From NCBI GenBank assembly GCA_032718475.1, contig JAUCBJ010000606.1, positions 1-64,000 of the forward strand: a stretch of 64,000 nucleotides of DNA, given 5' to 3'. Position numbers and translations under genes: made by a program. The stretch comes from Nemertoderma westbladi. Taxonomy: Eukaryota > Animalia > Xenacoelomorpha. Positions 55,787 through 64,000 of the stretch are shown here, in pieces; position 1 is the first letter of the stretch; every line of letters starts with the position of its first letter. Under the pieces are notes generated by a model that searched no databases, was not told where the DNA came from, and saw only the letters and a program-made list of their open reading frames with translations.

Positions 55787-55789
<3 letters not shown>
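53559..55789 (+). CDS. Exon 2, 5' part: end of WD repeat, helical/winged-helix-like segment, Roc GTPase and N-terminal COR; contains premature TAA
   Basis: P-loop LMLVGQERAGKTS, switch I TDGID, G3 DFGGQ followed by YYTTHQIFLSRRAIYIIVFDL, then FWLRSI and G4-like IVGTHKG. COR motifs LEFYHDMGTIIYF, VIMSPEWL, YYVPCRL. Confidence 0.85.
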
Positions 55790-55825
<36 letters not shown>

Positions 55826-56116
55826 ATAATAAGGCACGGTTTAGCGGCCCGCCCAAGCCTTTAATATTCGTTGTATAATGTTTAGTGAATAATTATAACA
55901 TGCAATTAATATAAAAAAAAAAAAAAACTACACCCCCCCCCCCCCCTGGTACCAACGTGCTAGTTAAGGTGCCGGAAGCAAGCTTATTTGGCACTTAAAA
56001 AGCTTATAAAATAATAAAGTTATGTCTCATTGGTATTTTGGTATTACACTGTTCGGCAGTCTTTGTTTATTCCTTATTGAACAATATCTATGCTTATGTA
56101 CAGTAGATACTGTATT

Positions 56117-59100
56117 TTATTTGTTTACCTTGTGTTGGGAAGTCAGTAATCCTTTTTTGAGATTATTTTTGAATTGATTTAATGTAGGAGATCTGCGTAT
56201 TTCAGGGAGAAGGTCATTCCAGTATAGTGGGCCTTGGTAAGTTACTGCAGTTTGAGTTAATGATTTGCGATATAGAGGAAGATGAATATTGTACATTGTA
56301 CGAGTGTTGTAATTGTGAAACTGTCGATTTACTATTAAAATAGATTTTAAATTTTCTGGAAGATCTAGTTTTCCATTAATAGATTTGTACATGAAAAGTA
56401 AACATTGATATTTATATATATTAGATAGTGTTAATTCGTTCTGGGTTTTCATGAGTTCCTCTGTATGGTATTGTGAATGTTTTAAGTGTATGTAGCGAAT
56501 TGCCCTTTTTTGTAAAATAAGTAATGAATTTGTAGCTGTACTATTTGAACTGGCACCATTGCCCCATACCGTAAGTGCGAATGTGAGATATGGGCGGATC
56601 AGTGTGTGGTATAATGTCAGGCGAATTTTGTACGGGATGAAATGTTTAAGTTTACCAAGAATTCCCACATTTTTAGCTATTTTTAGTCGTATGTATTGAA
56701 TATGCTTGTTCCATTTTAAATCACTACTTATAATAATTCCAAGAAATTTCATTTCATTTACTTTTTCGATTAAGTTTCCGTTAATCAAAATGTGTTTGTT
56801 TGCCCAGCTGTATTGTTTAGTAGAAAATATTATAAACTTAGTTTTATCTAAATTTAGGGATAGTTTATTTGTTGCAAGCCATTTATATATATTAAGTAAT
56901 TCGCTGTTAAGTTGATCTATGAGTATATTTAAGTCAGATCCTGAGTGGAAAATATTCGTGTCATCGGCAAAAAGAACAAAATTTAGAATGGATGAACATT
57001 CTGTAATATCATTAATATAAATCAGAAATAGTACCGGTCCAAGAATAGACCCTTGTGGAACGCCACAAGTTATTGTACTAGAATTTGATAGGGTCGATTT
57101 AAATAGCACTTTTTGCCGACGATCTGTTAGGTAGCTCCTGAACCAATCCAAAGGCGTCCCACGAATACCGTAGTGTTCGAGTTTTTGAATTAATATTTTA
57201 TGGTTGACAGTATCAAACGCCTTAGAGAGGTCCAGGAACAGACCCACAGTGATATTATTATTCTCGTTTTCAGTCAAAAGGTCATGTAACAGAGATGAAA
57301 GCGCAGTTTCAGTTGATTTTTTAGTTTGGAAGCCAAACTGTTTTGAGGTTAATATTTTTTCTCTTTTAATAAATTCGAGGAGTTGTATGCTTACAATTTT
57401 TTCAAGGATTTTTGAGAAATATGGTAGTACGCTAATTGGACGATAGTTTGTTATTATATTTTTATTACCCCTTTTAAATACTGGTACAACTTTAGCGCAT
57501 TTTAATTGGTCTGGCACAACACCTGTGAGTAAAGATAAATTAATTATGTGCGTTAAGGGAGTTGCAATTTTTGGAAGTGCTGACCGTGCTAATACTGGAT
57601 CAACGCCATCAAGCCCGATTGACTTTTTATTATTCAAAGACATTGCACATTTCAGTAAATCATTTTCAGAAATGGTATCCAAAAACATTGAATTTAGGGT
57701 TGGGTTTTTCAGGAATGTGGCCACGGGTCTATCTGTAGTTGGAATTTTACTTGCAAGTTTTTCTCCGACAGATACATAGTGGTTATTAAATGCATTTGAA
57801 ATACAATATTCATCTTCCTCCAATTTTGACCTGACTAGGAAAGTAGATGGATAGCTAGACGACTTGTTCCTATTAGTAAGTACTTTTATAGTATTCCAGG
57901 TTTGACTAATATTATATTTAAATTTTTCAAAGAGATGTGAAAAATGACGTTTTTTTGAGTTTCGGATTAAAGTTGTTAGTAAATTTTTATATTTCGTGTA
58001 AGATGTCTTTGTTTCTTCCGTTTTAGTTTTTATGAATGAGGAAAATAATTTTTGTTTCCTTTTGATACAAGCATAAATAGAATTTGTTATCCATGGTTTT
58101 TCAATGTTTATTAATTTAAATTGTTTAAATGGAAAGTTTAGCACAAATAAATTTTGGTATTCTGATATAAACTTGTTGTACGCTTCAGTTGCATCGGTTT
58201 CATTCAGGATTGTTTCCCATTCATTATGTTTTGATTTATTGCCAAGAGCGTTCAAAAATTTATTTATATTAGAATCGGAGGTGTCCCTTTTAGTGTAGAA
58301 ATTTGGTGGTGGTGGTACGGAATTAAGCGCAATATCACAGATTGCAAAAATAGGAAGGTGGTCAGATATATCTGCTATAATTATACCTGATTCGCAAATA
58401 GTTGAATAATCATTTGTTAGAATGTTGTCTATTGCGGTTGAGGTCGTGTCTGTTATTCGCGTAGGCTTATTTATTACGGGCAAAAAACAGTGAGATGATA
58501 TGGTTTCAAAAAATGTATGCGCTATTGGTGATGTGTTTATATGCAGTATATTTATGTTGAAATCACCCATAAGATAACAAATTTTACCTTCATTGTTGAT
58601 TTTTGTTAAGGTTGAACTGAGTAATTTGAGAAATTCCTCCAAATCTGAGTTAGGCGGGCGATAAATGCAACCAAATATAATATTTTTATTAGACCCTCGT
58701 TGCCATTCTATAAATGTAGATTCAAACAGGCCTGAATTGAATATATTGAGATCATTTCGCTTAATATAATTAAGCGAATTATGAATATATATACCAGTTC
58801 CACCACCATTTTGATTTTTTCTATAATCATATTCAAAGTCGTAGTTTTTTAAGGCAAAGGAATCATGATTGAGATTATTTTGCCAAGTTTCAGTTATGCC
58901 AATAATTCGTGGGGGCTCAGATATGCATTGTAGCATGTATGCGAGATTATCTAAATTCTTGTTGAGACTACGAATATTGGTGTGCATAAAGGAAAATTTA
59001 GAAGAATTATTAAGAAGTGAAAAATCAGAATGGTAGTCGCATTTAATATTATGATAAAAATTAGTGTCTGGGTCCAGCTGTCCATCTACTCCATTTCCAT

Positions 59101-59473
59101 CTCTTTCATCTGTGGTGAAAAAGTTCGCTATACTAGAATTTAATAGATCTCTATTTATAATGGATGGTAGACGATAGTCATTAATTGATAATAAATATTC
59201 TGAATCGTCTTCAATGTTTTGAAAGGGAAAAATATTAACAATACAATTTGTACAGATCCATCGTGAATTCGAAAGAAAAAAATCAATATCTTTTTTTATT
59301 AAGGAAAAACACTTAACGTGATATTTTGCGTTACATATCCAACAGTGTAATACTTTCTTATTGTTAGAATTTATATTTTTAGTACATTTTTGGCATTTCT
59401 CGAGCATTTGAAGTTGGTACCAGTTTAAAGATGAAAGCAAATCCCCTCTAAAAAATGTATAGAGGAGGAACAA
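56117..59473 (-). CDS. LINE ORF2: PHD-like Cys/His finger + APE endonuclease + reverse transcriptase
   Basis: C..C...C..C..YH.KC...WIC..C; NIRSL, ITETW, YRPPNS, GDFNI, SDHLPI; NYRPIS, QFGF, DLSKAFD, GVPQGSILGP, FADD. First ATG is at 59407 (MLEKCQKC). Confidence 0.95.
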   Translation of the reverse strand: MFLLYTFFRGDLLSSLNWYQLQMLEKCQKCTKNINSNNKKVLHCWICNAKYHVKCFSLIKKDIDFFLSNSRWICTNCIVNIFPFQNIEDDSEYLLSINDYRLPSIINRDLLNSSIANFFTTDERDGNGVDGQLDPDTNFYHNIKCDYHSDFSLLNNSSKFSFMHTNIRSLNKNLDNLAYMLQCISEPPRIIGITETWQNNLNHDSFALKNYDFEYDYRKNQNGGGTGIYIHNSLNYIKRNDLNIFNSGLFESTFIEWQRGSNKNIIFGCIYRPPNSDLEEFLKLLSSTLTKINNEGKICYLMGDFNINILHINTSPIAHTFFETISSHCFLPVINKPTRITDTTSTAIDNILTNDYSTICESGIIIADISDHLPIFAICDIALNSVPPPPNFYTKRDTSDSNINKFLNALGNKSKHNEWETILNETDATEAYNKFISEYQNLFVLNFPFKQFKLINIEKPWITNSIYACIKRKQKLFSSFIKTKTEETKTSYTKYKNLLTTLIRNSKKRHFSHLFEKFKYNISQTWNTIKVLTNRNKSSSYPSTFLVRSKLEEDEYCISNAFNNHYVSVGEKLASKIPTTDRPVATFLKNPTLNSMFLDTISENDLLKCAMSLNNKKSIGLDGVDPVLARSALPKIATPLTHIINLSLLTGVVPDQLKCAKVVPVFKRGNKNIITNYRPISVLPYFSKILEKIVSIQLLEFIKREKILTSKQFGFQTKKSTETALSSLLHDLLTENENNNITVGLFLDLSKAFDTVNHKILIQKLEHYGIRGTPLDWFRSYLTDRRQKVLFKSTLSNSSTITCGVPQGSILGPVLFLIYINDITECSSILNFVLFADDTNIFHSGSDLNILIDQLNSELLNIYKWLATNKLSLNLDKTKFIIFSTKQYSWANKHILINGNLIEKVNEMKFLGIIISSDLKWNKHIQYIRLKIAKNVGILGKLKHFIPYKIRLTLYHTLIRPYLTFALTVWGNGASSNSTATNSLLILQKRAIRYIHLKHSQYHTEELMKTQNELTLSNIYKYQCLLFMYKSINGKLDLPENLKSILIVNRQFHNYNTRTMYNIHLPLYRKSLTQTAVTYQGPLYWNDLLPEIRRSPTLNQFKNNLKKGLLTSQHKVNK

Positions 59474-60029
59474 CTACAACTAGAAAAATTTAGGTGTGAT
59501 TTTTATCTACACTACTGAATATAGGAAGTCATGCAATATAATTAGGCCTTCCTACTGAGACTAACTAAATAAGAAAGTAAACTACAGATACCTATAAAGA
59601 ACAGTTTGAATGAGTCAAAGTCCAAACAACAAAAACAAAAAGCAAAACAAAAGTACTAAAAGCAAGCTCTACAAAATGTTGCAGGGTGACGGCGATTTTG
59701 GACAAATAAATTTGCCCAATATATTTAAGTACATGTATATATATAATATATATATATGTTGTATGTTTGTTTATGTACTTTATATCCCCAATCAAATGGT
59801 TTGTAAAAAAAAAGGGATGGGAATATAGTTAGGGGATTATAGGTCGGGATGGTGCCACCAGTTTATGAAACATGGCATTAAACTATGAATTCCTGAAAAA
59901 TTGAAAGAAAGTTTTATACTGAAAAAAGTTAACACAAAACTGAATCAAATCCTTATAAATCAACTCAAAACGTGTTTCTCTTCCGGTACGGTACGGTACC
60001 GGCATGGTCTATAGCTATACTATAAATGA

Positions 60030-60995
60030 TTACTCAGTAGGAGCGAAGCCTAGAAACATTGGATCATTTTCTGAACGTGGGGATTCTACAACTGTGGCAG
60101 TCTGTCGCTTCTCATTTCTTGATAGACGCTCTTGCCTTGTGAACGTTTTCATCAACTTAGTATCTTCAGTAGTAGAAATCTCAAACCGACGATCATTTTT
60201 GTCAATTCCAAATATACGTCCGTCTCGTGACCATGCTATCCCAATTTCCCTTGACTTCTTTAGGATCGTTTGGCGGTATCTCGTTAGGCACTCTGTTATA
60301 AAGAATGGTGAGCCCTTCAAACGGCGAACAGCTGAGAAGATGCGAGCACGGAAACGGTAGCGGCACAATTTCACAATAATTGGAGGAGTGATTTCTTTCG
60401 ACATTCTAGGAACAGATGAACCAACTTTGCGAATAGTAGTTGTAAGTCGATGGCAACGATCTACTTCCCATTCCTCCACAGTAAGGTCCAACTGCTGTAG
60501 GAAGAATTGCTGGACAACGGCCCATGTATCATTTTCCGTTTTTTCCCGTGGTTCATGTGCGACTCCATGGATAATTATACAATTCCTTCGCGAATATTGT
60601 TCAATATCATCTTGTCGACGGCTAAGAACATCCTGTTGATTTTGTAGCGTATTCTTGATTTCATTGATGGATTCCCGTATCTTCTCCAGCTCGTAGTTCA
60701 CATTTTCCTTTATACTCGAAATCAATGATGCTCTCTGCTTAGCCGATAACAACGGTGTGACTGGTTCCCCGGCAGTAGATGCTTTCGTGGATAAATTTGC
60801 TGGATTTGGTTCATCCGGGGAGCTGGATATACCCTGTGTATATTCACCTAGTTTCGATATAATAATCTTCTCAATTCTGTCTTCAAAAGATGTTAAATTT
60901 TCCTCTAATCCTAGAATTTGATTCATTTCATTAGAAAACGATTTACTGAGGTTACCTGTCACTTTTGATTTCTGTTCTCCACTTCGCTTCGGCAT
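60030..60995 (-). CDS. LINE ORF1: coiled coil + RRM-like domain
   Basis: DDIEQYSRRNCIIIHGV, VDRCHRL, PPIIVKL, FITECLT, AWSRDGRIF are typical ORF1 motifs of this LINE group; lies upstream of ORF2 on the same strand. Confidence 0.9.
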   Translation of the reverse strand: MPKRSGEQKSKVTGNLSKSFSNEMNQILGLEENLTSFEDRIEKIIISKLGEYTQGISSSPDEPNPANLSTKASTAGEPVTPLLSAKQRASLISSIKENVNYELEKIRESINEIKNTLQNQQDVLSRRQDDIEQYSRRNCIIIHGVAHEPREKTENDTWAVVQQFFLQQLDLTVEEWEVDRCHRLTTTIRKVGSSVPRMSKEITPPIIVKLCRYRFRARIFSAVRRLKGSPFFITECLTRYRQTILKKSREIGIAWSRDGRIFGIDKNDRRFEISTTEDTKLMKTFTRQERLSRNEKRQTATVVESPRSENDPMFLGFAPTE

Positions 60996-61294
60996 AATTT
61001 TTGTTTGGGTTTCCGGTACCGGTACCGGTATTTTGGTTCCTTGATTCAGTTGGTGGTATTCTAAGGCTTATATATTACATCGAGTTTGATTCGCTGCCTA
61101 CGTTTGCCATGTACATAAGCTGATATTGGATATCAGTTCGTATATTATTTATTATTTGTTATATATTAGCAGCATCATCGCAGTGTTATACTAGATTATG
61201 AGCAATGCCCAATAATAGCTGTCAGACCCTCGGAGTTAAGCAGCTACATACCGGTAGGTATACATAAGTACTATATACTTTCGTTCGCAATTGT

Positions 61295-62362
61295 TTGTAC
61301 TACCGTTTAATTAAGAGAACTATAGATTTGTCCTACATTGTAGGAGATGGTCTAATTCAACCTAAACTATACCACAGAGTTGCTCAGATATTTTTAGATT
61401 GTAATCATGAAATTATCTTGGAAAGATCTGCTAATTCGTTGCATCGGGTCAAAGTTCAGATCATTAGAACTGAAGAGGTTGATACAGAAAGCATTTCAAC
61501 TGGAAGGAAAGGGAGACCGGATCCACAGCTGGTCAATAAAGTGAAGTGTTATCTTAATAATTCATTGCAGGAATTCCTTAAACAAATTCGAATAAAAAAC
61601 ATTTCGTTTAGTTTTCAGATAAAATGTCAATGTAATTCAAAATGCGAACAGCACAATGAAATTAACTGTAGAGAAGAAATTTGTTTCCATTTTATTAAAA
61701 TCGATGAAAATATTTCAGATAATAAAGTCAAATGTAAGTTTCATAAACATATGGAAAGCAACTTAATAAGAGAAAAATATACAGGTGATTTAAGTTCACA
61801 TTGGAAGAAAATAGCGTCTAAGGAGAATGAACTTCTAGATAAACTAGAAATATTGGAACTTATAATTTTCTTAGAAGCTAAGCGAACTTTGTCTCGGGAT
61901 GTTTTATCTATAATTAACTCGAAACCAAATGTATTCAGTAAAATAAAGACTTTATTGGAGGCAATAAAATGGGGTACAGAAAATAATTACGAAATATTTG
62001 TTGAAGGATTAAAGGAAACATATCAAATTCATATAGTAAATATTTTAGAGGATAAAACAACAGATGATGATAACAAGTTTCCGTTGATACTAACTAAATA
62101 TAAGTTTGTTTTAGTTAATAGAATCGAACCAAACTTGGTAATAAAATTACTTTGTAGGAAACAAGTGTTTAGGGATTCTATAGCTGAATCAATCAATAGT
62201 AAAGAATCCACAGTGGCAAAGAATAATGAACTGGTCAACGCGATAATTAGAAGGTCATACAACGATTTTATTACATTCTGTCAATGTCTGAGAGACACAA
62301 ATCAGGGTCAAATAGCTGATATCCTGACTACAGCTGTACATAATTTAGATGATTTAGTCTAA
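61295..62362 (+). CDS. Exon 2, 3' part: C-terminal COR, Cys/His-rich segment and two tandem CARD-like death folds
   Basis: LYYRLI continues COR. Two ~88-aa helical repeats (LLDKLEILELIIFLEAKRTLS...LLEAIKWG.ENNYEIFVEGLKETYQIHIVNILE; LVNRIEPNLVIKLLCRKQVF...LVNAIIRRSYNDFITFCQCLRDTNQGQIADIL) match the CARD pattern. Confidence 0.78.
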   Translation: MYYRLIKRTIDLSYIVGDGLIQPKLYHRVAQIFLDCNHEIILERSANSLHRVKVQIIRTEEVDTESISTGRKGRPDPQLVNKVKCYLNNSLQEFLKQIRIKNISFSFQIKCQCNSKCEQHNEINCREEICFHFIKIDENISDNKVKCKFHKHMESNLIREKYTGDLSSHWKKIASKENELLDKLEILELIIFLEAKRTLSRDVLSIINSKPNVFSKIKTLLEAIKWGTENNYEIFVEGLKETYQIHIVNILEDKTTDDDNKFPLILTKYKFVLVNRIEPNLVIKLLCRKQVFRDSIAESINSKESTVAKNNELVNAIIRRSYNDFITFCQCLRDTNQGQIADILTTAVHNLDDLV

Positions 62363-63129
62363 ATATAAAAATAATTATAAGCAATTTTCAGTGTTTAATT
62401 TTGTTACCAACCAGAGATAAATAATGTATTGGATATGATTGGAATATATCCCATAATAATGTTATTTAGCAAGAATGGTAAGGATAATATCTCATATTTA
62501 TTTTTAACTTATAGTGCCAGTCAGGGCCGGACACACAATTTCTACTAGCATTTTATAGCTATTCGTGTCCGACCTACCATCTACTATATTAAATATATAA
62601 AATTTAGTGCAATTTCTATTATATTATGGTAAATATACATTCAAGTTAAAGTTTAATAAATATTTTATAAGTTTTCTCTTTTATAGATGGAAATACGAAT
62701 ATTTCCTGATCTCGGAATCGCAAGGCAGTAAACTGTCAGGCTCTGAACAAAATCAAACAACCGCCTAAATTATAAAACAGACTTGAAATCTTTTAGTATC
62801 GCCGATCCGATATGATAACCTCGACTCTGGACTGTAAAGAACCGACATGATTTGTTCCTTATCAGATATTCGTCGTAGTCTGGGAAACCAGGAAATCTGG
62901 AAACACAAACCTGGAATCTACTGGAACTCAAATATTAGTGGCTTAACGGAGATGTTGGAACCAAATTACTTGAAACACAATTATCGAAAACTTCAGAATA
63001 AGTTAGTAATAAATTGTTACATGGAATATATCCTACAGTCGGGGTCTCAAAGTGTAATCTGGTATTACCGTTATTTTGAATACATTATTAATAAATTATA
63101 TTATTTCTACTTATTTTATAGGTAGAGCT

Positions 63130-64000
63130 CATAAACTCTATCCAATAACCCATCGGAACTATAAATTCTATCCACCAACCCATCGGAACCATAAACTCTA
63201 TCCACAAACCCATCGGAACCCTAAATTCTATCCACCAACCCATCAGAACCAAAAATTATATCCACCAACCCATCAGAACCATAATCTCTATCCACCAACC
63301 CATTGGAACCATAAACTCTATCCACCAACCCATCAGAAACATAAACTCTATTCACCAACCCATCGGAACCATAAACTCTATCTAGTAACCCATCGGAACC
63401 ATAAACTCTATCCAGTAACCCATCGGAACCATAAACTCTATCCAGTAACCCAACGGAACCCTAAACTCTATTCACCAATCAATCAGAACCATAAACTCTA
63501 TCCACCAACCCATCGGAACCATAAACTCTATTCACCAACACAACGGAACCATAAATTCTATCCAGTAACCCATCAGAACCATAAACTATATTCACCAACC
63601 CATCGGAACCATAAACTCTATCCAGTAACCCATCGGAACCATAAACTCTATCCACCAACCCATCAGAACCATAAACTCTATCCACCAACCCATCAGAAAC
63701 ATAAACTCTATTCACCAACCCATCGGAACCATAAACTCTATCCAGTAACCCATCGGAACCATAAACTCTATCCACCAACCCATCAGAATCATAAACTCTA
63801 TCCACCAACCCATCAGAAACATAAACTCTATTCACCAACCCATCGGAACCATAAACTCTATCCACAAACCCAGCAGAACCATAAACTCTATTCACCAACC
63901 CATCGGAACCATAAACTCTATCCAGTAACCCATCGGAACCATAAACTCTATCCACCAACCCATCAGAACCATAAACTCTATCCACCAACCCATCAGAATC
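63130..64000. repeat. 30-bp minisatellite (CATAAACTCTATCCACCAACCCATCGGAAC), ~29 copies, runs off the window
   Basis: Regular 30-bp periodicity with few substitutions; source of the VDRVYGSDGL ORF. Confidence 0.95.

Larger units (their letters stand above)
55790..61294 (-). mobile_element. Full-length-looking LINE retrotransposon, CR1/L2 group (Crack/Daphne-like)
   Basis: Poly-T run 55789-55821 (poly-A tail on minus strand), intact ORF1 and ORF2, and host gene frame restored on removal. Possible short TSD GTTT. Confidence 0.92.
47004..62362 (+). pseudogene. Disrupted Roco-family gene: WD40 - winged-helix-like - Roc - COR - CARD - CARD (~1380 codons if repaired)
   Basis: Splicing 47847 to 53559 is in phase and completes a WD repeat (HIITG-DDGGTITVID). 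In-frame TAA at 55247-55249. Removing the LINE (55790-61294) restores the frame (FLPES-LYYRLI). Confidence 0.75.

Noticed and set aside
56706-60639. Plus-strand ORFs within the LINE
   Set aside because: Antisense shadows of ORF1 and ORF2.
63479-63988. (VDRVYGSDGL)n ORF as a protein
   Set aside because: It derives from a 30-bp minisatellite cut by the window edge. No independent coding evidence, though an exon cannot be excluded.

Overview
AT-rich eukaryotic (animal-like) genomic DNA in two parts. (1) Bases 1-40425 are a continuous, single-orientation array of one ~1.27-kb non-coding rolling-circle-type element (Helitron/Helentron-like). Read on the minus strand it runs 5'-TC...hairpin-CTAG/CTCG-3', with asymmetric subterminal inverted repeats and no TSD. 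By eye I count 31 right (5') ends and 22 left (3') ends. Copies are nested inside each other at exact nucleotides, appear to move as composite trains, and are separated by 11-276 bp spacers that are either unique or self-derived. (2) Bases 40426-64000 hold minisatellites and MITE-like elements around a two-exon + strand gene with an unusual WD40 - winged-helix-like - Roc GTPase - COR - CARD - CARD layout. The gene is disrupted by one in-frame stop and by an intact-looking 5.5-kb CR1/L2-group LINE. All coordinates and counts were read manually; no searches were run.
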